This document shows, piece after piece, positions 46,756-56,865 of a DNA stretch of 56,865 nt. The stretch comes from a virus (Duplodnaviria; Heunggongvirae; Uroviricota; Caudoviricetes): positions 144,983 through 201,847 of IMG/VR virus record IMGVR_UViG_2938655777_000006; one strand, 5' to 3'. The notes beneath the pieces are model-generated. The model worked only from the letters and a program-made list of their open reading frames with translations, searched no databases and had not been told where the DNA came from. Every line of letters begins with the position of its first letter. The stretch's first letter is position 1. Both the position numbers and the translations under genes were made by a program.

Positions 46756-47190
46756 TTAATCTGAGTAGGCAACAGCATTAAAACTTTCTATTCCTATTCG
46801 GGTAGCATCCGCTGTGCAAAATAGATATAAGGTATACACCAATTCATTTGATGGTGGTAGAGGGATATTGTAATCGGAAGCATTTATTGTGACGACCTGT
46901 ACAGCATTTGGGTTTGCTTCGGAGACACTTACAGAGTAAAGGGCGTAAGCAACAAGCGAATCGAAATTGCCTCTAACAATGGAAAAAGAAATAACGGAGT
47001 CAAATGGTGGAGGGGTAGGAAATGCAAGCTCAGCTATCCCTGATAATTGTACACGTATGTTTTCCCCTGCGCCCGTTACATCTAAGCCAAGCTCAGCAAT
47101 GGCAACGGGTGTATTGGCTGGCAAGGGAATAGAGATTGTATTACCGTAACTTGCGTTTTGAGATGTTCGAGCATCTAACAATCTAGTCAT
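46756..47190 (-). CDS. Exosporium/spore-surface-type protein
   Basis: MTRLLDARTSQNAS N-terminus; divergent from a collagen-like gene. Confidence 0.55.
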   Translation of the reverse strand: MTRLLDARTSQNASYGNTISIPLPANTPVAIAELGLDVTGAGENIRVQLSGIAELAFPTPPPFDSVISFSIVRGNFDSLVAYALYSVSVSEANPNAVQVVTINASDYNIPLPPSNELVYTLYLFCTADATRIGIESFNAVAYSD

Positions 47191-47429
47191 TATCTCATCT
47201 CCCTTTTTGGGTAAAGAATTTGCAAGCTGGAAATATAAAGAGGCAGACAGTGTAGGATCTGGATCGGTTGATTGAACTGAATATTAAGCATCAGAAAAAA
47301 GAGCTGTATAATCTAACACGATAGGGTCAGACCTATGCCTATTTTTCCTGGATGAAGTCAACAGCCCAATCTTTTTGGTTAATTGCACAATAAACTAATT
47401 TGACTAGACTTTGGAGGTGATCATTAATT

Positions 47430-48173
47430 ATGTTTCGACATTATTGTTGGCAAAAGAATATGCATCGGAGAAAATTTAGAAGATGTGTAGTTAAAAAAGT
47501 CAAAGTGTTACCGAAAGTTATTGTTAAAGGGATCCGAGGACCTCAAGGACCTCAAGGACCTCAAGGACCTCAGGGACTGCCGGGTCCACAGGGAGTTCCA
47601 GGTGCTCAAGGCCAGCAAGGGCTACAAGGTTTTCAAGGAATTCCCGGACCAACAGGACCAGCAGGAGCAGTAGGGCCAGCAGGACCAGTGGGACCGGCAG
47701 GAGCAGTAGGGCCAGCAGGAGCGGTAGGACCAGCAGGAGCAACGGGGGCAGCGGGACCTGCAGGCGCCGGTATAACAGACTTCTTAAGTGTTTTCCGAGC
47801 AGATCCTGGCACGGGAACTGACACAGTTCCGGGTAACTCACCAATTACCTTTACTGGAGTTTTAGCTAATGTTGGTGGTGCATTTACTTTCACTCCTCCA
47901 TCTACAACGATAACAATCAACGAAACGGGGAGCTATCTAATAAATTTTACAATTCATAACCAAGGTGATGCTGACTTTAACCTTACCGTAAATGGAATCC
48001 CTGTTACCCCTGTTCCCTTCACGGGTAACGGTGGCGGACCAATTTCGGCAGAAGTCATTATTACTGTAGGGGTCGTTCCTACAACTATTCAATTGGTAAA
48101 TGCAAATGCAACCCCAGCCCAACTTCATAACTTTACCAATACCACTCTTACTATATTAAAGTTGACTGTTTAA
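47430..48173 (+). CDS. BclA-like collagen-repeat protein
   Basis: (GPQ)n/(GPA-GAV)n repeats, basic N-terminus, beta-rich C-terminal domain. Confidence 0.85.
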   Translation: MFRHYCWQKNMHRRKFRRCVVKKVKVLPKVIVKGIRGPQGPQGPQGPQGLPGPQGVPGAQGQQGLQGFQGIPGPTGPAGAVGPAGPVGPAGAVGPAGAVGPAGATGAAGPAGAGITDFLSVFRADPGTGTDTVPGNSPITFTGVLANVGGAFTFTPPSTTITINETGSYLINFTIHNQGDADFNLTVNGIPVTPVPFTGNGGGPISAEVIITVGVVPTTIQLVNANATPAQLHNFTNTTLTILKLTV

Positions 48174-48457
48174 GCCATTCTTAATGATATATAGAACATC
48201 ATATGTAGCCGCCTTAGAAAAGACTGTACGATTTCCATCGTCAGTTTGTCTAATTCCACTCATATTAAGCAGACGCAATTGTGTAGCATGGCAAGAGAAT
48301 GTAGTGGCAGTAATAAGATCCATTAAACACTACCACTACTCCAAAGCCTATTTTCAAAGTTAAACTGGATAACATTGTAAATTTATATTATTCAGACATA
48401 GAAATATGAATGCTAAGAAGGTAAGGAAACTTTTCCTACCTTCTTTTTTATTGTGAC

Positions 48458-49003
48458 AAATCGGAACTATTGCTTTGATCCGTCAGGTACGACAACTCAT
48501 GAGCGGCAATCAATATAAATTTTCTTTTTTGTTTAGTCGCGAAAAATGGGAAGCTACAGAAGAACGGGCCGAGGTCGATTGGCCTAAAGTTGAGCATTGC
48601 ATAAGGAAGCCTTTAACCTTGTGTGGGTAGAAGGACTGACGGAGGAAGTATACGAGAATGTAGACAAAGAGGGCATTAAGGAGTTGGATGGCCTCTTAGA
48701 ACGATTTCTATAAGGAGTTGTTTCCACCTGATGAAGATTATGAGCCTACGACGAAGAAGAGCAAGAGGTTCCTGAGAATGATCGGAAAATAGACTGGGTA
48801 GAACTTTGGGCTTTATGCGTGAGTAATGGTATTTCTGATTCAGAACGGCCTAATATGACCATTCCAACGATTAGAGCGCTCATGAAGGCCAAGAACAGAA
48901 ACCGGGAATTCGAAATCATTCTCCACGGTGGTAAGTTGGAAAATAAAAAACCGAAGAAGGTCAAGTCACTATCTGATCTAAGTAAATTAAGAAGCATCCA
49001 CAA
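48458..49003 (+). pseudogene. Degenerate paralog of the tail chaperone pair at 15329-15953
   Basis: IGTIALIRQVR, KWEATEERAEVDWPKVE, WVELWALCVSNGISD, RALMKAKNRNREFEIILHGG. Confidence 0.9.
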
Positions 49004-49011
49004 TCATGAAG

Positions 49012-50283
49012 TGACCCCTGTCAAGTAGACAGCTATCAAAAAGCAATAATTAAGCAGCCTGAAAAGGAGTCAGGTTGTTTAGTTTCTCTTGAAAGCGTTC
49101 ATGGTTGTAGAAATGGATATACTTTTGAACAGCATGCTCCACCTGTTGAGCTGAATGGAAGGAATGGAGATAGAAACACTCGGTTTTAAAATTGCTGAAG
49201 AAGTTCTCTATACATGCCTTGTCCCAGCAGTTCCCTTTTCGGGACACCTGTATTCCGTATCGCTTGAGCAGGTTGGTATATTGGCGAGAGGTTGAAATCC
49301 TTGGTCGCTATGTAGTATAACACCTCGAGCATCTTGTCGCTTCCTTGCCTTTTTCACCGTAACTAACACCAGGCTCAAATCGTTTCTGCGGCTGATCTGT
49401 TAGGCAACAATTACGTTGTTAAAAAGATGCTGAATCGCGGAAGGGTAGAGTCTCAGTCCATTGAACATTAGGTAAGTGATGTCTATTACCTACTTCTTAT
49501 TCGGCTGGTCAGCCTTAAACTCCTAGTTCAGATGATTGCCAGGAATGACGTAGGGTTCTTTCTTGCAATAATAGGGTCTTTTCCTACGAATGATCGCATT
49601 GATCCCCAGTTCACCATAAGTACGTGGCTTATGATTCATATGTATGCTGTAGATTTAATTCAATTAAACCTTTACCCTGCGGTAACCGTATATTCCCTTC
49701 AGTTCCTCGTCACATGCCATGATTTTTAGCTTCATAGCTTCATAGCTTCATCTTCCCGCTGTTTGGGTGAAACAAACATCTTTCATGTTATCCACTTATA
49801 AAAACCACTTTTGAACACTCGGGCCAGTTTATATAGTAGTACTATGCTATGTCCCTAACTAAGCAATTCTTGGATCACCGCAAACTTTGTACTCTTGGGT
49901 ACAGCCTCCATTCCTCCGTTGACATCTGCAAGAGCTTTTTTAGCACTTCATTTTCTGCTTCGAGGCGTTTCAGCTTGATCTCTGGATCTTCGGGGCGTGT
50001 TCGAGGTCTGCCGATGCCAGGCCCTTGTGCTTTGTCTCGTTTTTCCTCTAGACCTTTTATTCCCTCGGCTTTGAAGTGTCTCACCCATCGTCGAACCAGC
50101 GAAGCGTCAATCTCCATTTCTCGTGCCACGTTTTTATATCCGATTCCCTTTTTGAGGTACAGATCCACTGTCTTTTTCTTGAAGCTCACATCGTAAGTTT
50201 TTCTTATTTCTCCCATAGAAAAATCCCCTCTATAATAGACAGATTAGTCGGCTTGCTCTTTTCTGTCTACTATAAGGGGATCA
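49012..50283 (-). mobile_element. IS3-family (IS150-like) element, inactivated
   Basis: Imperfect terminal IRs TGAcCCCTgtcaAGTAGACAG / TGAtCCCCttatAGTAGACAG; orfA, A6G shift site, broken orfB (DITYL, LHSDQGFQ, SRKGNCWD). Confidence 0.9.
49875..50216 (-). CDS. IS3-family transposase OrfA
   Basis: YDVSFKKKTVDLYL...VRRWVRHF...GRPR. Confidence 0.85.
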   Translation of the reverse strand: MGEIRKTYDVSFKKKTVDLYLKKGIGYKNVAREMEIDASLVRRWVRHFKAEGIKGLEEKRDKAQGPGIGRPRTRPEDPEIKLKRLEAENEVLKKLLQMSTEEWRLYPRVQSLR

Positions 50284-50331
50284 TATCAAACTTGATAGAG
50301 TCCTTTGTATGAATCGTATAAGTACTTGTTT

Positions 50332-50819
50332 TTATGATGGAAAGAGTGTTTCGGAATCTGGGGAACCGCCGTCACCAAGCCAACGGTTAGGACCTGCAAA
50401 TGAGAAAGTCTTTCCGTTCCCGGTTACTTTGATATTAGCAATTCTCCAACCTGGTTTTCTTCCAGATCCATCAGTCCTAATGGTAACTTTTCTGATGTCA
50501 CCAAGGCTGCTGGTACTGATTCTTGTAGTATCAGAATCTCCTTTTCAAAGCTGCCAGTGAGTGCAGCCGTAACATAGTCGCCATTAGAACCATACAGAGT
50601 TATAGAAATATTTGAGTCTGTACCTGAATCCACAATACTGCCTGTGTTTACGGTAACAACATATTCAACATTAGCAAAAGGTGTAACAGACTCTATGCTT
50701 CTATTAGAGTCTTGTAATGAACTATAAGTGTCGCTTGTGACCTGATCCGCGAAAGAAGGTACTGCGAAAGCTACAGATGATATGAGCATTGCTGATGCTA
50801 ATAAAGATACTTTTTTCAT
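50332..50819 (-). pseudogene. Frameshifted secreted PLAT/LH2-domain protein (paralog of 56374-56865)
   Basis: 1-nt deletion near 50543 (GAAAAGGAGAT vs GAACAAGGAGAT). Confidence 0.85.
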
Positions 50820-51281
50820 TAATTAGTTACCATATTTCTAATATTTGTATTTAATGTTATACATGGGTAATATATTGTACATAGTTCTTTGGTCGTGAAG
50901 AAAATTTTTTCCTTGTCTTTGTTTGTTGTATTTCATCTTTATATGTCGAATATTTTTATTTTTAATGAATCACGGAATGGTACGAATATTTATAGAAGGA
51001 TTTTTTTGCGATTTAGCCAGGTAAGAGTATATGTAGTCCAGCCATTGGGCGAGGATTTAATATCGGTTATAGACTATGGTGGTACTCAGATAAGTTTTCT
51101 CCTGAGTCGATTAAGTTAAACGGAAGCTATTTTATGAGGAATCAGTTTAGATTTAGAGTAGACGCGAAAAAGAACACTTAATCAAATGTGTATTTTTCAT
51201 GTCAGACAAAGCTCCCCTTACTTTGACAGTCATTAAGCTGTATGTTTATTGACGAAGATTAAAAGAAGGAGAGGACAAAAA

Positions 51282-51752
51282 ATGAGAAGGAAAGCTACTT
51301 TATTTTTTTCCACAATTGCTATGTTGTTTTCAGTTATTGCTCCGTTGTCAGCTTCTGCAGATGCAGCAACTGTAACGCTTGACACTTACAAAAATTTTTC
51401 AAATCAAGAAATAGTTTTATCACAATCAGTATTATTTAAAGATGACACGGCATATACAGATGTATCTGTTACAGTGAAAAGAGTGAAATTTTCAATTAAT
51501 GGTTTGGAAAATCCTTTTAATGCTAATTATTATAATCGGTTGGTCTGGACAAGTGATGAAAATACACCGAGTATAGAAAATACGTTATCAGTAAAAATTG
51601 CCCCAAAAACAGGGAGTCTTTACGGTTCCAGCAGTTATGAGAACCTTTCTCTGATAAAACAAAAGATCAACTCCGATTCAAAAGTATATGGATGGATTCA
51701 ATTAGAATCAAAAGAGTGGGCTAGAGCAGGATCAGCTATAATTAAATATTAA
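51282..51752 (+). CDS. Secreted hypothetical protein
   Basis: Signal peptide ending ASA. Confidence 0.7.
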   Translation: MRRKATLFFSTIAMLFSVIAPLSASADAATVTLDTYKNFSNQEIVLSQSVLFKDDTAYTDVSVTVKRVKFSINGLENPFNANYYNRLVWTSDENTPSIENTLSVKIAPKTGSLYGSSSYENLSLIKQKINSDSKVYGWIQLESKEWARAGSAIIKY

Positions 51753-52032
51753 AAAATCCTTAACGTTTGAAGTAAGTGAATACCCAAAATAAATTAAATA
51801 GCTCTGCTAACCTTAATTGGTCGGTAGAGTTTTTTTCGTTAATCAGTTTTTAATTTAGAGTGATGTGAAAGGCTCAACCGGGTAACTGGTATGAGTCTTT
51901 TTTTATACCCAATAAAAAATAAATATGCAAATATTTAGATTATATTTATAGATCAGCAAGTTAATGTTTAGACAGGTTCTTAAGAATGATTTATCTTCGT
52001 AATAGTTCAATATATTGCTAGGAGGAGATCGA

Positions 52033-53323
52033 GTGATAAGTAAAATTAAAGCATTATGGAGTATTTTAATTGTAGTGATAGTGTTCTTGAATATGTCAGC
52101 TATAGAGGTAAAAGCAGAAGTTGTAAGCGATGAATGGTCGATTAAAACGACTATAGAAAATCCTAAGGCGGTAAGTGCTGTTTCTGAATTGAATGGTAAG
52201 ATATATATTTTCGGTGGTTCTTCAGGATCAAACCCATATAAGGATGTTCAAATTTATGATCCGAAAAATAATATATGGGCCTCAGGAAGTAGCATGCCTA
52301 CGGCTCGTGCTGCAGCAACTTCCGTTGTTTATGGAAATGATATTTATGTTATTGGTGGCTATACAGGTAATGCTTTTAGCTGGGCAGGAGGCTCCTCAGT
52401 AAATAATGTTGAAGTTTACAATACCCAGACAGATACATGGAGTGTTAGGAAAGCTATGCCGCAGGCTTTAGGTTCGTTGACAAGTATTTTGTAAGGGAAA
52501 GATTTATGTGTTTGGTGGGATGACAACCAATACACTTTCAGTTGCTACTGTCCAAGTATATGATCCGGCTTCCGACAGCTGGTCAACGAAGAAACCTATG
52601 CCGAATACACTTCATGGTTCCTCTGCAGTTGTACATAAGGACAAAATCTATCTTGTAGCAGGTAGACATATTGATAAAAATTCAAATGTTTCACTAAACA
52701 CATTTCTTGAATATGATCCCGATAACGATAACTGGTCAACTAAACCCAATCTTTTGACAGCACGTGGAGGGGCCCAAGCTGTCATTTATTCCAATAAAGT
52801 ATTTGCTATTGCTGGAAAAACTGAAGCAGGTGGACGTAGTTATGAACTTAATACAGTAGAATCCTTTGATTTTGAACAGAATAAATGGTCTCCTGAGGCT
52901 AGCTTAAAGCAAGCTAGAAGTGGGGCTGGAGCTATAACATTAGGTGGACAAATTTACGTTATTGGAGGAAGTCAGAGTACATTGGCTAATTCTCCGGTTA
53001 ATACTATAGAGATATTCGGGAAGATTGACAGTTCCACACCTGAGCCGACACCAACTCCCGAACCAACTGATCCATCTCTACCAACTGGGGACCGTGCAAT
53101 TCTGGTGGTTACTATGACAACTGGTTTGGAAAAGGAGTTTGACCTAAGCATGAAAGAGGTCAATGACTTTATCTCATGGTATGAGGGCAAGCAGGCTGGT
53201 TCTGGATCGGCTTCATACGCCATTAATAAACACGATAATAATAAAGGTCCATTCAGCAGCCGAAAGGATTACATGCTATATGATCGTATCCTAACATTTG
53301 AAGTAAGTGAATATTCTAAATAA
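52033..53323 (+). pseudogene. Secreted Kelch-repeat protein with constant C-terminal module, split by a frameshift near 52490
   Basis: Kelch GG...W repeats in both ORFs (52015-52494, 52508-53323); KGKIYVFGG resumes in the next frame. Confidence 0.85.
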
Positions 53324-53380
53324 ATTTAAAAGCTCTGCTAACCTTAATTGGTCGGTAGAGCTTTTAACTGTTCACGCCTC

Positions 53381-53713
53381 TTATAATGTATCAAGGTATT
53401 CTTTCTGGAATTTGATAAAATCTTCAACACCATCATGATAGGTAAATCTACCGCCATTTTTATCAATAATCCAGTTGATCTTCTCGTCATTTAACAAGAC
53501 TCCATACATGCAGTGATGAAGCAGTTCAATTTGCTTTTCATCCCTAATTCGGATCAAGTGTTTTTCTTGTTCGTCAATGAGGTACCATTTCGTTTCTGTT
53601 TCATCTACATCTACATCTACATCCGCATCCACATACAGTATTGATACCGACAAGGGGAATGGCCAGTCAAACCAATGTTCTCGCTTGTCTTCTCTATAAC
53701 CTTCAAATGCCAT
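53381..53713 (-). CDS. Hypothetical protein
   Basis: RBS AGGAGG; contains an in-frame 6-bp repeat (DV)n. Confidence 0.6.
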   Translation of the reverse strand: MAFEGYREDKREHWFDWPFPLSVSILYVDADVDVDVDETETKWYLIDEQEKHLIRIRDEKQIELLHHCMYGVLLNDEKINWIIDKNGGRFTYHDGVEDFIKFQKEYLDTL

Positions 53714-54596
53714 GGTTATTTCCTCCTACTTGGATATTTCCTGATTATTCAAATGCACTAACTTGCTGCGATTGTACGCTTTATTGAAAACTGTTTTTTG
53801 GGAACTCGCAGCTATCCTCAGCCTTTAGTATCTTGGCACCAATGCGGTGAATGACCTGCCGTTTGAGGTTGGCACGAACTGCAATGCGTCTGTTTAGGCT
53901 GGGTTGATGGGGGGGAGGTCCAAACTTTATTGTAAATCCCTCATTTGCTCAATTTGTAAAGGCAATGCTGATTCAAGGGAGAATTTTCGGCAGCAGCTCC
54001 TTTTGACAATGGACGACGTAGGCTTTTAGGAATACACACATTAAATTTACTGCTGTTCTTGTCTTATCCTATTGGCTCAGGCATATCGCCTCCATATTCT
54101 TTCCATGGCTTTACGTGCACCATCGTAAACTTCTGCAAAAGTTTAGTGTAACTTTGGCAACCGTCTATTCCGCTATTGTTGCATAATAGTTGTGTCCGCT
54201 TTCGTCGTTCATTGTTCTGATCTGTATAGTATACGGAAACGCCGGGTAACAAAGAAGTTGAACGCTTTGTTACCAGATATCGAACGCTACTCCAATACTC
54301 TACAATAATTCTGCTGAGCGAAGACGGGTGCCCAACATGATGGAACTGGAGATAAAGACAGATAGCAGTGTAGTGGACATAAAGGCGCGCGGTTGCTGGC
54401 TTTGGGAAGAAGGGGACAATAAGAGCGATATGCGCTCTATATTGTAATCATAGAGGGCTGGGATGGTGACCAAAAGATCATTACATTTTCCTCGTCTCGA
54501 AATAGGCATTATATGGTATTAAACCTCCAATGATCTGGAGTTTATTTTTTGTACTCAGAATATAATTTGTGCATAACACATCAGGAGACTACATAC

Positions 54597-54695
54597 ATGT
54601 CAAAAAGACTCGAAGGTAATGGATTATGGGAAAGCAGCCGCATCATCATACCGGAACATAAGGAAGCGTATCTAAAGCTTATGAAAGGCCGTCAA
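54597..54695 (+). pseudogene. Truncated yolD paralog
   Basis: MSKRLEGNGLWESSRIIIPEHKEAYLKLMKGRQ, then homology is lost. Confidence 0.85.
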
Positions 54696-55171
54696 AATAC
54701 GGCCTTTTTGTCGTTGGGGATAAGATCAAAGTAACAAGCCAAGGCACTTGGAACTGGACAGAACGTATAATAACGTAAGGCGAGCAGCCTGACCTTATAT
54801 AAATTCTTTTGAAATATCACCAAATCGTTATGTAATCCGAAAGAATGGGTGATACCCTACTGGCATACGCTGACGGGGTGTTTATTGTTTTGGAATATAG
54901 TAAAATTCATTAATTGAATCTGGAGGAGTGAAAAATATATACTCGAAGCCATAACTCAATGCAATTAAATTAAGGCAGATATAAAGAAGGACTCTATCAG
55001 CTAAATGCTGTAGGAGTCCTTCTTGTTGTTCTTTAGTTGTGGCAATAGTAAAAGTTCTTATCAGTGGCACCTTGCTGGATACGCTGGTAAGGTGTTTTTT
55101 TATTTTCCTAGAAGTCCATCCCATAAACAAGACTCACATAGCTTGTGGAGTAAACAAAGGAGGCGTTACGT

Positions 55172-55288
55172 GTGAGAGGAATAGAAAGAGGTTACGAAGA
55201 AACGACCGGGAAGATTTGGACATCGATAGCTGCTGTCTTGGCACTCTTCATTTTGTTGGTAATCATCTTGAAATTAATCCTTTTATAA
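55172..55288 (+). CDS. YjcZ/SscA-family small sporulation membrane peptide (38 aa)
   Basis: IWTSIAAVLALFILLVII; RBS AAAGGAGG. Confidence 0.65.
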   Translation: MRGIERGYEETTGKIWTSIAAVLALFILLVIILKLILL

Positions 55289-55410
55289 AGATAATTAGGC
55301 TCTACCGGTTTATCTGGGTGTGAGCCTTTGTTTTGTTTACCTGCATGCCCTATCACTGAACGTATTTATACATATATTAAGGTGAACGACAAATAAAGGA
55401 GGTTTAAGAC

Positions 55411-55518
55411 ATGGGTGCATATGAAGGTGCAGGTGGCGGCGGTGTATGGACTTCTACAGCGGCAATTTTAGTGCTCTTTATTCTCTTAGTTATCATCACT
55501 AAATCACTTTGGGTTTAA
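55411..55518 (+). CDS. YjcZ/SscA-family small sporulation membrane peptide (35 aa)
   Basis: MGAYEGAGGGGVWTSTAAILVLFILLVIITKSLWV; RBS AAAGGAGG; sigma-K-like CATATATT upstream. Confidence 0.8.
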   Translation: MGAYEGAGGGGVWTSTAAILVLFILLVIITKSLWV

Positions 55519-56373
55519 TTTGTGAAAAGAACTGTTGGATAATACCACTTCACTCATGGATGGCAAATAGTTGAACTCAATGAGCGCATAAGCTATTTGG
55601 CAATAGCCACAGTATTCGCTTCTCTTTTGGCGAATACTTGGTGGATTTCCTGCCATAATAGATTTGCGCTTATTGTATTTTGTAAGAAGGGGAATGTTTC
55701 ATAGAATGGGTACAATCCTTCCTAATACCTAAATTTAATCTCAGATAGGGCCTTATTAGTTTGCAACAATAACTGGTATGAGCCTTTTATTTGCGATAAT
55801 ACGCACGATACTTTGCACATCTTTCAGTATAGTATTAAGAAGATTTAATATACTTTGGAGGTGTCCTATGATAGAGGATTGGCTTGAGGGTTAATTGTTT
55901 TTACTGGCAGCTATTGAGGATGAGATTATTGTGAAAATACAAGAGAGTAATGTAACTGTTGATCATAAGTACAAAGTGGTAAAGTAGGATACCGAACTGT
56001 TCGCAGCTGCGTTAAGTCAGGTAGATGGAAATGATAATCCAATATTCAAAAATGCACATGATCTACTTAAAAGTATTGGGGCTAGAAGAGACATGCTAAA
56101 TCGAAAAAATTAGGTGTTGTGATTTGATGCTTGAATTCTTTTTAAAGCTATGATTTTCTTAGTAGATTCAATATACTTTTCCAGCGGTTATTTCTTAGCT
56201 TTTGTTTATATGGCAAATTTACATAACATTTTTCCCATTAGTGAGTTTATTATTAAAATTGATTCTTGAGATGGGGTTATAATTACGGCGATACAATTTT
56301 AGTAGGATTATTCATCCAAAACAAAAAGACTCTATCCAAATATCGACAGAGTCTTTTGTATGAATATTTGTTT

Positions 56374-56865
56374 TTAGGATGGAAAAAGTGTTTCGGAATC
56401 TGCGGAACCGCCGTCACCAAGCCAACGGTTAGGACCTGCAAATGAGAAAGTTTTCCCGTTTCCAGATATTTTGACATTAGCGATTTTCCAACCTGGTTTA
56501 TACCCAGATCCATCAGTTCTAATAGTAATTTTTCTGATGTCACCTAGGTTACTAGTGCTGATTCTTGTTGTATCGGAATCTCCTTGTTCAAAGCTACCAT
56601 TGAGTGTAGCGGTAGCATAATCTCCATTAGAACCATACAGAGTTATAGAGATGTTCGAGTCTGTTCCGGCATCTTTGAGATTGGCCGTATTTACAGTAAC
56701 GACATATTCAACATTAGCAAAAGGCGTAACAGACTCTATACTTCTATTTGAGTCTTGTAATGAACTATAAGTGTCACTTGTGACCTGATCTGCAAAAGAA
56801 GGGGCAGCAAAAGCTACAGATGAGATAAGCATTGCTACTGATGCTAGTAAAGATACTTTTTTCAT
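56374..56865 (-). CDS. Secreted stand-alone PLAT/LH2-domain protein
   Basis: Signal peptide; YVVTVNT...AGTDSNISITLYG...FEQGDSD...LGDIRKITIRTDG..PGW...NRWL. Confidence 0.85.
   Translation of the reverse strand: MKKVSLLASVAMLISSVAFAAPSFADQVTSDTYSSLQDSNRSIESVTPFANVEYVVTVNTANLKDAGTDSNISITLYGSNGDYATATLNGSFEQGDSDTTRISTSNLGDIRKITIRTDGSGYKPGWKIANVKISGNGKTFSFAGPNRWLGDGGSADSETLFPS

Larger units (their letters stand above)
45875..56865. mobile_element. Decayed phage-derived island (right boundary not in window)
   Basis: Integrase, beta-clamp, tail chaperone and yolD relics; IS; duplicated cargo. Confidence 0.75.

Noticed and set aside
47524-47920. Minus-strand Leu/Pro- or Gly/Pro/Ala-rich ORFs
   Set aside because: They are shadows of the collagen repeat on the plus strand.
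49330-49500. attC-like TAAC...GTTAGGC or group II intron-like segment
   Set aside because: It translates on the minus strand as degenerate IS3 OrfB (DITYL...LFNN...ISRRNDL...LHSDQG).
53602-53634. (CATCTA)n microsatellite as a phase-variation switch
   Set aside because: The 6-bp unit keeps the frame, so it only changes the length of a DV repeat.
53760-54510. Fragmentary ORFs between the Kelch cassette and the yolD relic
   Set aside because: I could not assign any family; they look like decayed remnants.
1-56865. CRISPR array, rRNA, tRNA, reverse transcriptase/DGR or retron
   Set aside because: I saw no regularly spaced repeat-spacer array, structured RNA gene or YxDD RT ORF. The duplicated segments are paralogous genes, not TR/VR pairs.

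Overview
This window looks like Paenibacillus chromosome (genus inferred from gene content and typical Paenibacillus phage genes). A short core block, spoVK(3' half)-hflX-ynbB-glnR-glnA (3.9-9.0 kb), is flanked by three mobile layers. (1) 1-3.9 kb is the end of a large SPbeta-like prophage carrying a DnaE-type polymerase, a RusA-like gene and a large serine integrase. It is integrated inside spoVK, and the integrase ORF runs across the att junction. (2) 9.0-45.9 kb is a 36.8-kb siphovirus-type prophage bounded by a 69-bp exact direct repeat of the glnA 3' end and terminator. Its left arm (integrase, immunity, replication, packaging) is missing. The head, tail and lysis genes look intact, with an Lsa-type ABC-F resistance gene inserted between tail and lysis genes. 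The cargo includes a NucB-like nuclease, a GIY-YIG/DUF2075 helicase, an Hcp-like toxin-immunity pair, a type I toxin, yolD and a kinase-less agrBD-LytTR cassette. (3) 45.9-56.9 kb is a decayed related element with integrase, beta-clamp, tail-chaperone and yolD relics, a dead IS3/IS150, spore-surface genes, duplicated PLAT proteins and a frameshifted Kelch gene. The best candidates for new biology are the kinase-less phage Agr module beside an XRE gene, the integrase whose C-terminus is set by recombination state, the Hcp-like toxin locus, and a swappable secreted-protein cassette with a constant C-terminal module. All family calls are by motif recognition only; no searches were run.
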